From positions 1 to 64,000 of IMG/VR virus record IMGVR_UViG_3300020045_001345: DNA of 64,000 bases. One strand, written 5' to 3'. Below the pieces are notes generated by a model. The model was not told the origin of the DNA. It ran no database searches and was given only the letters and a program-made list of their open reading frames with translations. Below, one piece after another: positions 54,934 to 64,000 of this stretch (position 1 is its first letter; each line of letters opens with the position of its first letter). Source of the stretch: a virus (lineage: Duplodnaviria; Caudoviricetes). The translations under genes were made by a program, and so were the position numbers.

Positions 54934-56073
54934 TTATTGACAAAGGACATTAACTGCCCTAATATTCTTACCAACATACAATGCCCTGATGTCAACGGGT
55001 ACTTCTACGAATCTAGTATTCTCAAATACTGTCAAGCATCTTCTATCAACTTCTACAAAGGATATTCTTATGTCTTCTGCTATAACAGCTACTCTACAAG
55101 GGTCTACTGCATAGTTAATAGCGTCTGTGACAGTTATTGTGCTTTGTAACGTGTCATCCGTTTCTACAACACTTGTAGCTACTGTTATTGAAATATTTGA
55201 TACAGAAACTAGCTCATCTGCGTCCTCGTTATTAGAAGATGATAAAGTTATCAACAAACTTAAAGATGAGGCTGCTGCGTCAGGTTCTTCAACGACATTG
55301 AACGAAACACTAGCCGGAGGCACAATTACAACTAAATTACTTGATAAGGTGTCTGAGAGTTCTGTAATATTTGAAGCAACACTGATAGAAGAAATAACAC
55401 TAGCTAAGGCTGTGTCAGCAGCTTCTTGTAGCACACTTGACAGTATCACTGCTATAGACACACTACTGACAATCGTGTCTGGCTGTTCTAACACATTAAG
55501 TGAAATGTTTGCACTGGCTGCCACAGTTTGTACTGTTGATGCCAAGCTGTCAGAAACCTCGGTGTTTGCAGAAGTAATTGATATCTGTGAAGTAACACTG
55601 GATGACGCAGCATCCGAGGTTTCTGACAAACTAGATGATATACTTATAAGATTTGTAACACTTGACGACAGAGAGTCACTAGATTCTACGTTGTTGCTAG
55701 TAATACCTATGTTGGCTGTAGCTGCAGAAGATAAGCTATCACCACTCTCTGTGATAGCACCTGTTATAGCTACTGAACTTACAATACTTGCCGTTGCTAT
55801 ATCAGGTGCTTCTGTTACACTAACTGTAATTGTTGCACCAGCTACCACTGTCTGCACACTTGATACAAGAGTGTCAGGTGATTCTGTCAGGCCGCTGTTT
55901 ATTGTTATTGGCGTTGTTATGGCTGATGAAACACTATCAGAAAGCTCTGTAACAACACCTACTACTTGAATTGAAACAACACTACTTGTTGTTAGTATAT
56001 CTGGGGACTCTGCAAGATTAGCACTTACAGAGATTCCACCACTTGATGATAAAAGAGCTAATAATAACGACAT
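54934..56073 (-). CDS. S/T/V-rich repeat fibre protein
   Basis: About 14 repeats of ~21 aa with E-x-x-D (TESPD, TELSD, VESSD...). Confidence 0.75.
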   Translation of the reverse strand: MSLLLALLSSSGGISVSANLAESPDILTTSSVVSIQVVGVVTELSDSVSSAITTPITINSGLTESPDTLVSSVQTVVAGATITVSVTEAPDIATASIVSSVAITGAITESGDSLSSAATANIGITSNNVESSDSLSSSVTNLISISSSLSETSDAASSSVTSQISITSANTEVSDSLASTVQTVAASANISLNVLEQPDTIVSSVSIAVILSSVLQEAADTALASVISSISVASNITELSDTLSSNLVVIVPPASVSFNVVEEPDAAASSLSLLITLSSSNNEDADELVSVSNISITVATSVVETDDTLQSTITVTDAINYAVDPCRVAVIAEDIRISFVEVDRRCLTVFENTRFVEVPVDIRALYVGKNIRAVNVLCQ

Positions 56074-56154
56074 CTAAAGCTCCTATACGATTAAGATATA
56101 CTACCTGCTTCTACTCCTTTATAAACCTGAGATGTTTCATAAAATTGTGACATA

Positions 56155-57618
56155 TTATAATATCCAACCGTAGTCAAAGGTAATGATGAATGTCACTACA
56201 CCAGAGGTTGTTACAGCTCCTAAGTTCTTGGCTGCAATTGCTGTGAATTCTGAGGGATATACAGGGACAGACCTATCAAAATTTATTGATATAGTTTGTC
56301 CTAATGTTCCAACTGGTGCAGCAGCTGCAAATGTTTGTATTCCTAGTGGGATACGTCTAGGAGCTTTAGCAGCAGCTGCTTCAGTCGTTGCGAGAGATAC
56401 GTTTGTATGTCCATAGCACAAACTAAAAGCATAAATAATAGGAGTAGCATTTCCTGCTAACACGGTAGTTACAACTGACTGGATAGTAACGCCACGAATG
56501 ACAAGTTGTTTACCAGATATTGCAACAGTTGGTACAGGGTTTTGATAACTACAAACAATACCATCTGTGGCTACAGCTAGGGTTGGCAGAGCTGAGAATT
56601 GCCCACCAAGACCAACTCCAAGAGCTGCTGTGGTGTTAGTCATTACAGCACCTGCGCCAGCTGCTAAGGAGTTGGTATAGAGGGCTGTGGATCCCACTGT
56701 ATGCCCTTGTTGACCTTGATGTCCACCTGTCAGCAGAGCAGCTGTAGCAGCTTCTGAACGCATGTTAGTGAAGCCACCACTGCTAATGAGGTATTCTACA
56801 ACTTGCATACCTTGTACAGCCGATGCAGCAGTTCCACCTATGGAATGTCGAACAGTGAATGGAGCAGATGCACTGTAAATTGGTCTACGTGTAGCTGCTG
56901 ACAATGAGATTTTACCCATTACTTGGAAGCTATTACCGTCCTGAATATCCATCCAAAACACAACAGATCTTGAGCTAGATGAGATAATTACGTCATACGC
57001 ATTACCAAGAATAGGGCTAAATGCAGCACCTCCGCTGGCAACTACAAAAGTTCCAGTTGTTTGTTCTGTTCCGTTAACATTACTGACACCAAACAATCCT
57101 GTGTTGTTAGCACGGATGTACACACCATCTAAAGGTGCAAATGGAACTGTCTGAGCATTGGTAGATAAGCCGACATCCATTGTAGTGTTAGTCACAGCCC
57201 ATGTACCAGTCCATCTAACTTTTAGGTAGACATAAGTCTCTGTTGCTGCAAGAATTGGAAAATGCTGTCTTGACTGATACAACACACCAGTGTTTAGAGT
57301 GGTGATACCCGAAGCATTTGTTGCCAGCTGACCACCATAGCCGAGTGTCATAGTTGTAGCTACAGCACTTGACAAGCCTGTGTCTTGAGCAGCATAATTG
57401 AAAACATCCCTTCCCAAAATACTATCAAGCTCTGTACGCATGCGATAGTCTTCTGAAGTTTCTGCAGCTAATAGAACAGGAACACCTGTTACCAAGCCTA
57501 CATCAACTTCTGACATTGGTCGGCTGTATCCAGACTGTGCTACCACCATTGGGAGAGTTGTTTTGATATTACCATTTGCATCTACTACTGAGCCAACAAT
57601 CTGAGCATCTAACGCCAT
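56155..57618 (-). CDS. virion structural protein (487 aa, beta-rich)
   Basis: ORF track; A/G/T/V-rich; lies within the structural arm. Confidence 0.7.
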   Translation of the reverse strand: MALDAQIVGSVVDANGNIKTTLPMVVAQSGYSRPMSEVDVGLVTGVPVLLAAETSEDYRMRTELDSILGRDVFNYAAQDTGLSSAVATTMTLGYGGQLATNASGITTLNTGVLYQSRQHFPILAATETYVYLKVRWTGTWAVTNTTMDVGLSTNAQTVPFAPLDGVYIRANNTGLFGVSNVNGTEQTTGTFVVASGGAAFSPILGNAYDVIISSSSRSVVFWMDIQDGNSFQVMGKISLSAATRRPIYSASAPFTVRHSIGGTAASAVQGMQVVEYLISSGGFTNMRSEAATAALLTGGHQGQQGHTVGSTALYTNSLAAGAGAVMTNTTAALGVGLGGQFSALPTLAVATDGIVCSYQNPVPTVAISGKQLVIRGVTIQSVVTTVLAGNATPIIYAFSLCYGHTNVSLATTEAAAAKAPRRIPLGIQTFAAAAPVGTLGQTISINFDRSVPVYPSEFTAIAAKNLGAVTTSGVVTFIITFDYGWIL

Positions 57619-57635
57619 ATAATTCCTTTATAGTT

Positions 57636-57914
57636 TTAAGCCCACACCCATCGTAGCTTAAATTTTCCTGTTAATTTTTCTATTGATCTAGCGTAGATGG
57701 TGAAGCCAGTTGCATCTGTAGGGACTCCACACGAGACTCCCATTAATGTGGCAGCATAGGTGTGATCACTCAGAGTGTGCTCAGAAGAGGCTTCTGCCAT
57801 AATCCAAGCTTCAGCAGCATTTGTAGAGAGTATTGAGGATTGCCCTGTTACGTCTACAAATGCTTCATTTGAACCAGCTCCAAAGTCTATTTCTATTGAA
57901 CCTTGTGCGCTCAT
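57636..57914 (-). CDS. structural/hypothetical protein
   Basis: ORF track; AAGGA RBS. Confidence 0.65.
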   Translation of the reverse strand: MSAQGSIEIDFGAGSNEAFVDVTGQSSILSTNAAEAWIMAEASSEHTLSDHTYAATLMGVSCGVPTDATGFTIYARSIEKLTGKFKLRWVWA

Positions 57915-57921
57915 ATAATTA

Positions 57922-58320
57922 TTACGCGTTAGCTGCTGTGATCTGGAAGCCAGAAACTGTAATTCCTTGGGAAACAGCTAGTACAATATTATCGAAGACG
58001 AATGGGGTTCCAGAAGTTCCTGCCTCGCCTTGGATGTGTGCAACAGTTCCAGCATTGTCATAAATACGACAATAGCCTGCTGATCCGGCGCCTGAGCCAA
58101 CTCCAGTCCAAGTACCAGCTTTAACTTTAACACCAGCAGAAGCAGCTGCCATCCAATCAGCAGGGAGTGTCAGAGTTGCTAACAATGTACCAGTTGCAGC
58201 AGCTGCACAGTTTGCTGGCATAGTACCAGTATAAATCTTCAACAGGGCTGTAGCACCTGTAGCAGTTTCGATAGCATCTAAACGTGCATTGTTGACTGTT
58301 TGTGAATATTGAAATGCCAT
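57922..58320 (-). CDS. virion structural protein (LKIYTGT.PA)
   Basis: A/G/T-rich; position. Confidence 0.7.
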   Translation of the reverse strand: MAFQYSQTVNNARLDAIETATGATALLKIYTGTMPANCAAAATGTLLATLTLPADWMAAASAGVKVKAGTWTGVGSGAGSAGYCRIYDNAGTVAHIQGEAGTSGTPFVFDNIVLAVSQGITVSGFQITAANA

Positions 58321-58335
58321 GAGAATTTCCTTTAA

Positions 58336-58734
58336 TTATTTGCGTATATGAAGTTCTAGGAGTACACTATTAGCACCGCTAGGGTTTGTATCTTTAAGGG
58401 CTAATATTTTCCATATTTCACCATTAATCTTAATTTTATCTTTGTTAGGCTTTACAACGGGCATGGTGTAACGTGTGCTAACTTTATTTCTGGGCTGCAC
58501 AAAGCATTGTCTGTCGCCAGCTTCTATTAGTGTTCCTGTGTTAGAGCTAATACCAGCCTTAGAGGTTGGGTAGTCTAGTAGGATTGTATTCACTAAGTAT
58601 GAAGTTTCTACAGGCTCGTAAATTCCTGTTGATGGATCATAAACAGGTGTAGATTCTATCAGCAGAGTTGCTGTACCTCCCATGTCAACCATCATGTCTG
58701 CTACAACACTGTCAAAGTCTGATAGCATACCCAT
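58336..58734 (-). CDS. head closure (stopper) protein
   Basis: YDPSTG, GTLIEAGDR, INGEIWKI; position. Confidence 0.75.
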   Translation of the reverse strand: MGMLSDFDSVVADMMVDMGGTATLLIESTPVYDPSTGIYEPVETSYLVNTILLDYPTSKAGISSNTGTLIEAGDRQCFVQPRNKVSTRYTMPVVKPNKDKIKINGEIWKILALKDTNPSGANSVLLELHIRK

Positions 58735-58735
58735 G

Positions 58736-59182
58736 TTAGTACCCTGTGTATGGAAGTGTAGCACTAGGTGCTGCTAGAGCATCAAGAGCTAACTGCTGGC
58801 TTTGAGTACCATTAGAGTAGTTGTTGTTCCAGTCCTCCGTGAACTTGATCAAAGGATTAACATCTGTAGAACTACCGCTATAAGGGATAGGACTAATATC
58901 CATCATAAAGGCGGGGTTTGTGAAAGTTAATAATAAGAATTGTTGGTAGTTTTTGAAGGCTTGTTCACCGTATATCTCTATCTGCGATAGCTTCCTGTGC
59001 GTCTTGTGAGCCAGCATTCCAAGAAGGTATGATGCTATGATCTTGGCGGTGCGTATCAGATTGTTATCATTATCTGCTAGTGTCTGAGTGTATACTGAAT
59101 CGGGGAGGAATGGGATGTCACCATAATCAGCCACCCTCAAACGCAGCTTACCTAAATTTGTTGTAGGATCAATATGTGCCAT
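58736..59182 (-). CDS. head-tail adaptor protein
   Basis: DPTTNLGKLRLRVAD; follows the capsid gene. Confidence 0.75.
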   Translation of the reverse strand: MAHIDPTTNLGKLRLRVADYGDIPFLPDSVYTQTLADNDNNLIRTAKIIASYLLGMLAHKTHRKLSQIEIYGEQAFKNYQQFLLLTFTNPAFMMDISPIPYSGSSTDVNPLIKFTEDWNNNYSNGTQSQQLALDALAAPSATLPYTGY

Positions 59183-60119
59183 TCTTTTCCTTTTGTATAG
59201 TTATTAGTTCTTCTACTTTTGATAGGAGAGATTGGTAATCTACTGACAAGAAGCATTCTGAGGAACCTTCAAATTTTGCTTTAGGTTGCTCGTAGAGAGT
59301 TCTTAAATATCTCAGGGCTTCTGTTTCTACAGCATCTGGAATAGAGCCATCCTCGAAGTGATATTCTTTTAGGACTATGAATTCTGCTCCGAAGCTTCTG
59401 GATATAGTGTTAGCCCGTAGTTCAACAGAAATATTGGTAATTCCTACTTTAGTAATATCACCGGACTTTAAAATATATAGTATTCCTGCTTTGTTTGGGC
59501 TATATCCTGTCTTTCTACAGCTCGCACAACCAGAACCACTCATGTGATTTGCAGCAGATTGCATAAAATATCCAGAGTGGTTCTTACAAAATATCTTTAC
59601 TTTATTGCAAGCACAGACATACTCTACAGACTCATAAGAGTAATTACCTTTGTGAACTTCGTTCGATCTACTTACAAACTCTTCTTTAGTTAGTCTGTTA
59701 GCACTCTCTATTCTTTCTTTAGCACACAGAGGACAGCCTTTACCACTAAGATGATTTATAGGTTTCTGTAGAAAATATTCAGAGTGCTTGTTACACCATA
59801 TCTTTACTAGAACATGCGTTCCAACATATTCAACAGCATGATAAGAGTATCTTTCACCTTGGGCTTTTGTCGCCCTGTCCACAAATTTTTCATGTGTTAA
59901 AGTATTACCCGTAGACACAGATTCATACCTACATATAGGACATCCTCTGCCGCTCATGTGTGATGCTGCCGATTGTGAAAACTCTAAAGTATGCTTATTA
60001 CAAATAATGATGACATGACCTGTATTTCTTGTGTACTCTGCTTTAGAGTAATTATACTTATCGCCATGTTTCAATATCGAATTTTCTATAAATTCATCTG
60101 TTGTCAATCTCTTAGACAT
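59169..60119 (-). CDS. homing endonuclease: three zinc-binding repeats plus GIY-YIG/T5orf172-like domain
   Basis: CNKH...GRGCPIC x3; ILYIL..TKVGITN; GSSECF. Confidence 0.8.
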   Translation of the reverse strand: MSKRLTTDEFIENSILKHGDKYNYSKAEYTRNTGHVIIICNKHTLEFSQSAASHMSGRGCPICRYESVSTGNTLTHEKFVDRATKAQGERYSYHAVEYVGTHVLVKIWCNKHSEYFLQKPINHLSGKGCPLCAKERIESANRLTKEEFVSRSNEVHKGNYSYESVEYVCACNKVKIFCKNHSGYFMQSAANHMSGSGCASCRKTGYSPNKAGILYILKSGDITKVGITNISVELRANTISRSFGAEFIVLKEYHFEDGSIPDAVETEALRYLRTLYEQPKAKFEGSSECFLSVDYQSLLSKVEELITIQKEKNGTY

Positions 60120-60134
60120 TTAGTATCCTTATTA

Positions 60135-60158
60135 GAAAAGCCTTGTTAAAGGCTTTTC
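60135..60158 (-). terminator. terminator after the major capsid gene
   Basis: GAAAAGCC-TTTAACAA-GGCTTTTC. Confidence 0.6.
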
Positions 60159-60211
60159 AGGTAAAGATGCTGGCAGGACTTACCCTGCAAAGACATCCGT
60201 ATTAGTTGCTA

Positions 60212-61231
60212 TTAGGCAACAGTTGCACGCACGACTAATTCAGGACGCAGGAGTGCTGAGATGTGGTTACTTTCTGATTCCAAGACAATAGATGAACCGT
60301 TCGTAGAAGGTTGCTCGAACAGATAGACCTGCTCTCCGAGCGTGTTCACCAAGGAAAATTTATTGGCAGGTGAGAAAAAAGTTTTGAAGGAGTCTGTGCC
60401 TGTAGGAACAAAAAATGCTTCATTAGCTGTAATCAATGGTGTACCATTAAATGAGTCGCGCATTTCAATGAAGCGAACGCCCATGAAATTAAATTCACGA
60501 TGCAATGCTGTTACACTACCGCCAGGCGCTTGACGTTGACGCAGAGGCTCTTGGGTAGATGCATAATACTGGTATGCCTGCTTGATTGTGGCATGAGAAA
60601 TCAATCCAGCAAAGAAGCCGGGTGAACACAAACCTACAATCCCAGTCAAACTTGTCATACCAGCATTGTCTTGGATCGCTGCGATAACAGCTTCAATTTT
60701 AGCAGCAACTTCAGTACCTGCTGTTCCCAAAATAAACGGGACAACTGTGCGAGTCACAGAAAATTCCGAGTTCCAATTCTGCGTGATTGTGCCAGAAGGT
60801 GCATATGCTGTTCCTGCAACAATTGCTTGAGCACGAGCAACTTCCAGAGTACGTGCGTGTGCTTTGCGCAGATACAACATCTTCTCAACGCGCTTATTAG
60901 CTAAAGTATCGACATCTGCCGCTGTGCCATAGGCACGCTTGCCTTGAATGTCTTGTGGTAAGATTTGGTCATCCAACGGGAAGTGAGGAACAGCGAATGT
61001 ATGGATTTGTTTAGCAGCACCTTTAGACACGTTGTTACGATCACCACGTACACGGTCAATGATAACACCACCGTTTTCTTGACGAGACTCAAACGCTACT
61101 GTATGCTCTGCTACAGGGACTTCTTCAAACAAACCCAATTGACCAATAGTACCCCATTGGTTTTGAATTGTGGAAATTTCTTGTGTCCAATCGTCAACAC
61201 TGAAATTATTACCAAAGCTACGTACAATCAT
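60212..61231 (-). CDS. major capsid protein (lambda gpE-like family)
   Basis: IIDRVRG, PHFPLDD, RTLEVARAQA, FSPANKF..VNTLG, ESN. Confidence 0.9.
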   Translation of the reverse strand: MIVRSFGNNFSVDDWTQEISTIQNQWGTIGQLGLFEEVPVAEHTVAFESRQENGGVIIDRVRGDRNNVSKGAAKQIHTFAVPHFPLDDQILPQDIQGKRAYGTAADVDTLANKRVEKMLYLRKAHARTLEVARAQAIVAGTAYAPSGTITQNWNSEFSVTRTVVPFILGTAGTEVAAKIEAVIAAIQDNAGMTSLTGIVGLCSPGFFAGLISHATIKQAYQYYASTQEPLRQRQAPGGSVTALHREFNFMGVRFIEMRDSFNGTPLITANEAFFVPTGTDSFKTFFSPANKFSLVNTLGEQVYLFEQPSTNGSSIVLESESNHISALLRPELVVRATVA

Positions 61232-61303
61232 TTTATTTCCTTTAATTTATTATTTGTATTGCAACCAGAGTAATCTAGTTGCTAATGAGTTCTAAGCTAG
61301 GGC

Positions 61304-61732
61304 TTAAACAGTAGCTTCTAGGAAGATACCAAGAGCCTTCAAAGAAGCATAAACAACACCCTTCTTAGTAGCATCGTTATAGGTAGCATCCAACAAGATT
61401 GCATCCTTCGACAGAACAACCTTACCACGTGTCAGTAAGAGTGCATTGACATCGGTAGCAGCTGCTGTTACAGTGGATTCAGTAGCACCGAAAGCATTAC
61501 CAATATATACGCCTGCAGCAACTTTTGATCCATCAACTGCTGTCTCAACTGCAGGGATATACTTACCAGAAGCTGTGATCTTACCCATGATAGTACCTAA
61601 TGGAATTGTAACAATACCTGCTGTATTAACTACTACAACATCATTGAACAACTCTGGAGACTCGGGAGCGTCATATTTTTTAATCAAGTCACTCAGAAGA
61701 GCGTAGCCAGATTGCGAAGCGATTATTGCCAT
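61304..61732 (-). CDS. head decoration protein
   Basis: LGTIMGKITASGKY..A.DGS.VAAG; lies between the scaffold and capsid genes. Confidence 0.85.
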   Translation of the reverse strand: MAIIASQSGYALLSDLIKKYDAPESPELFNDVVVVNTAGIVTIPLGTIMGKITASGKYIPAVETAVDGSKVAAGVYIGNAFGATESTVTAAATDVNALLLTRGKVVLSKDAILLDATYNDATKKGVVYASLKALGIFLEATV

Positions 61733-61749
61733 TTTATATTTCCTTTAAA

Positions 61750-62283
61750 TTATTTTGCAGACGAGGCTTGTTTAGCCTTGATGATTTGCATTTCTTTGCT
61801 TTCTACGACCTCTGGAGCTTTCGCTTCAGCAGTCACACCAGTTTCCTGAAACATTTGGCTAGTAGCCTCTTTATCAAGATTACTACTCATGCTTGAAACA
61901 ACACTATCAAACGAAGCGTCATCCAATACACTCAATGTACTTAGCAAAGTAGTAGCTTTTTCAGTGCCTACAGCCATTTCCAAAGATTCTTTACGGTGAG
62001 CTAACTGCTTTGCAGCAGCAACAGCTACGAGTTCTTGTTTAGCAGCCTCAACAGCTAACAGAGCTTCTTGAGCTTCTGCAAACTTAGTTGACATCTCTGT
62101 AAACTTACTATTCAGTTCACTGAAAGCAGCAGTTTGAAGTGCAAGAGACTCCTGTGCAGCACTCAATTGAACAACCATTTCAGCGGCTGACAATTGTGCC
62201 AGAGCTTCTTCTTTCTTCATATCTACTTCCTTTTCACTCACGTTAAAAACCTTGTTAAATTCTTTTCGGATGCCTTTAAGCAT
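61750..62283 (-). CDS. scaffolding protein
   Basis: Ala/Glu coiled coil; AAGGAG RBS before MLKG. Confidence 0.7.
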   Translation of the reverse strand: MLKGIRKEFNKVFNVSEKEVDMKKEEALAQLSAAEMVVQLSAAQESLALQTAAFSELNSKFTEMSTKFAEAQEALLAVEAAKQELVAVAAAKQLAHRKESLEMAVGTEKATTLLSTLSVLDDASFDSVVSSMSSNLDKEATSQMFQETGVTAEAKAPEVVESKEMQIIKAKQASSAK

Positions 62284-63133
62284 TTGTAACTCCTTGTTTT
62301 GATACAATGTATTTTACGAATTCTCTGTTAGTCATGATTTTGTTTACAAGACCAATTTCAAGAGAGTCTTTTGCTAGGAATGTTTTAGCCTCAGTATCCT
62401 TGACAGATTGCTCGGATAATCCTGTATAATTTGATACATGGGAGATAAACTCACCATATAAGAAATCGACTTTCATCTGTAGATCACCTAAGAACTCTTT
62501 TCGGAAGCTTCCATCTTCTGCATAAGGAATCTTTTCAGATCCTGCTGTGATGAAGACTGGTTTAAGTCCTTCCTGCTCTAGTTGTTTAGACCTGTCGCAC
62601 AAACTAATCAACACACCTATACTTCCAGTTTCTGCGTAAGGATTGCAAACAACCTCATCAGCTACACACGCAAACAAGTAAGCTGCAGAAGCTGCGCATC
62701 CTTGTACATAGGATACTAGAGTTACTCCTGCGTCATCACACATTGCTCTCAGGTCATTTGCACTCTCAAATGCTCCTGATGCTTCACCGCCGCCGCTGTC
62801 AATGTCTAGGATAATAGTTGTACAGCCAGATTCTATTAGTTCGTCAGCTTGTTCTAGGATGTCCTCGTAAGAACAACCCCCACACATTGCCTCCCATCCA
62901 GTGGGCTTGTTTGTCAAAGCCCCGTGAATCTCGATAACACCTACATTGTTGATATCATCTAAATCGTCAGGTTCTCCTTCGACTTCTGGAGTTTCTGGAA
63001 CGACTGGAAGCACCATCAACCCTGCGTTACGAGAATTTAAGAAAGCCTCAATAGAGTTAAAACTTGATTGTGAGATAAGAAGAGGGGTATGGTACAATTG
63101 CTGTGTAAATCTTAGTAATTTATGTGACTTCAT
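62276..63133 (-). CDS. prohead protease, peptidase S49
   Basis: IDSGGG, ASAAY, TGSIGV, FISHVS..TG. Confidence 0.9.
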   Translation of the reverse strand: MKSHKLLRFTQQLYHTPLLISQSSFNSIEAFLNSRNAGLMVLPVVPETPEVEGEPDDLDDINNVGVIEIHGALTNKPTGWEAMCGGCSYEDILEQADELIESGCTTIILDIDSGGGEASGAFESANDLRAMCDDAGVTLVSYVQGCAASAAYLFACVADEVVCNPYAETGSIGVLISLCDRSKQLEQEGLKPVFITAGSEKIPYAEDGSFRKEFLGDLQMKVDFLYGEFISHVSNYTGLSEQSVKDTEAKTFLAKDSLEIGLVNKIMTNREFVKYIVSKQGVTNA

Positions 63134-63765
63134 TCTGTTCCTTCTTGTAATTTTAACCAACTCATGTAGGCTGTATCTTCAGAAGGATTCCACCCTGACT
63201 TTATTTTATTTATAACCTTCATAACACTGTCAGAGCCAATGTTTAACATTCTACCAATACTCCTTCTTCCCATGCCTTGTTCAACTACAAAAGGATATAT
63301 AATTAGTGATGACTTCCAAGCATCCTTATTAGAATAAGGATGCTGCCAAGGGAACTCAAAAGAATACTGTAACACCCCTCTTTTCCTATTTTCCTCATTA
63401 CACTTACTTGTTCTTTTTTTACCTGTATTCTTCTTGGATACTTTCAATATATGATCAGGAGTATTTTCACAACCCTCTCTGGTGTATTTTCCACCTGTTG
63501 CAAGATTCCAACCAATTTTCTCAGAAGACCTAAGTGTGTTTTCCATGTAATAACAGTAGTCAATATCACCTGAAATTAAGGTGTCACAAACAAGTATATC
63601 TTTATGAGATTTTATGGCATTTATAATCCTAGTTATGCCTTTGGAGTTAGCAGCAGACAAGTGTCTAGTATATCTATCTTTCACAGAGAGGCTAGTTACT
63701 CCTACATACCCCTGAGTTAAAATATCTGTGTGAGTTGGTAGATGTATCCAATATACGTATGCCAA
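63130..63765 (-). CDS. GIY-YIG (Seg-like) homing endonuclease
   Basis: YVYWIH...GYVGVT...RY..H, GWNLATGG; AAGGAG RBS before TTG. Confidence 0.82.
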   Translation of the reverse strand: MAYVYWIHLPTHTDILTQGYVGVTSLSVKDRYTRHLSAANSKGITRIINAIKSHKDILVCDTLISGDIDYCYYMENTLRSSEKIGWNLATGGKYTREGCENTPDHILKVSKKNTGKKRTSKCNEENRKRGVLQYSFEFPWQHPYSNKDAWKSSLIIYPFVVEQGMGRRSIGRMLNIGSDSVMKVINKIKSGWNPSEDTAYMSWLKLQEGTE

Positions 63766-63766
63766 A

Positions 63767-64000
63767 TTAATTCTCCTTATTTGCGACTGAAGTATCACCA
63801 CTGCCGAAAGGATCTTTTGCTGTTCCGTTACCAGTTGGTGACTTCATACCTTCACCAGATTTACTTTGCACACCTGACATATTGGCTGGAAGTAATTCAC
63901 TGTGAACTGGTTCGTCATCTGGAAGCGGTTGCACTCCCAACATAACACGAATTCTGTTCATCAAGTCTCTTGTCATCTCTACCCCACCAACAGCAAATAT
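63767..64000 (-). CDS. portal protein C-terminus (truncated by the window edge)
   Basis: NRIRVMLG...SKSGEGM..GNGT...D.SVAN.EN; position upstream of the protease. Confidence 0.7.
   Translation of the reverse strand: MFAVGGVEMTRDLMNRIRVMLGVQPLPDDEPVHSELLPANMSGVQSKSGEGMKSPTGNGTAKDPFGSGDTSVANKEN

Noticed and set aside
55127-55969. 280-aa plus-strand ORF
   Set aside because: Antisense shadow of the S/T/V repeat gene; biased codons give few stops, and there is no RBS or operon context
1-64000. Stop-codon reassignment / alternative genetic code
   Set aside because: Core genes (polymerase, NrdAB, capsid, TMP) are full length under the standard code

Overview
A 64-kb piece of an AT-rich, lytic-looking siphovirus genome; no bacterial chromosomal genes were recognised. 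Layout: (1) about 1.3 kb of poorly coding left region with inverted and phased repeats; (2) a minus-strand arm of small accessory genes (1.4-8.2 kb) containing a serine recombinase and an adjacent ~410-nt promoter-driven, highly structured non-coding region; (3) divergent sigma70-type promoters at ~8.3 kb; (4) a plus-strand accessory, replication and nucleotide-metabolism arm (8.4-36.9 kb) with ThyX, T7-like primase-helicase, family-B DNA polymerase, dNMP kinase, SSB, PAPS-reductase-like protein, 5'-3' exonuclease, Dam-type methylase, metallophosphoesterase, MazG-like protein, NrdAB and glutaredoxin; (5) a minus-strand virion and lysis arm (37-64 kb) running from the portal C-terminus through S49 protease, scaffold, decoration protein, major capsid, neck, a 6.6-kb inserted fibre/appendage module with a LamG+SGNH esterase protein, tail tube, frameshifted tail chaperones, a 1749-aa tape measure protein, a compact tail tip, M15 endolysin and holin-like proteins. 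Five free-standing homing endonucleases interrupt the conserved modules. Top leads: the candidate ncRNA beside the recombinase, a thyX replacement scar at an HNH gene, the neck/head appendage module, a Gly-zipper/Gln-rich protein with structured flanks, and a set of promoters overlapped by unrelated inverted repeats. All family calls come from motif recognition by eye; no database search or folding computation was run.
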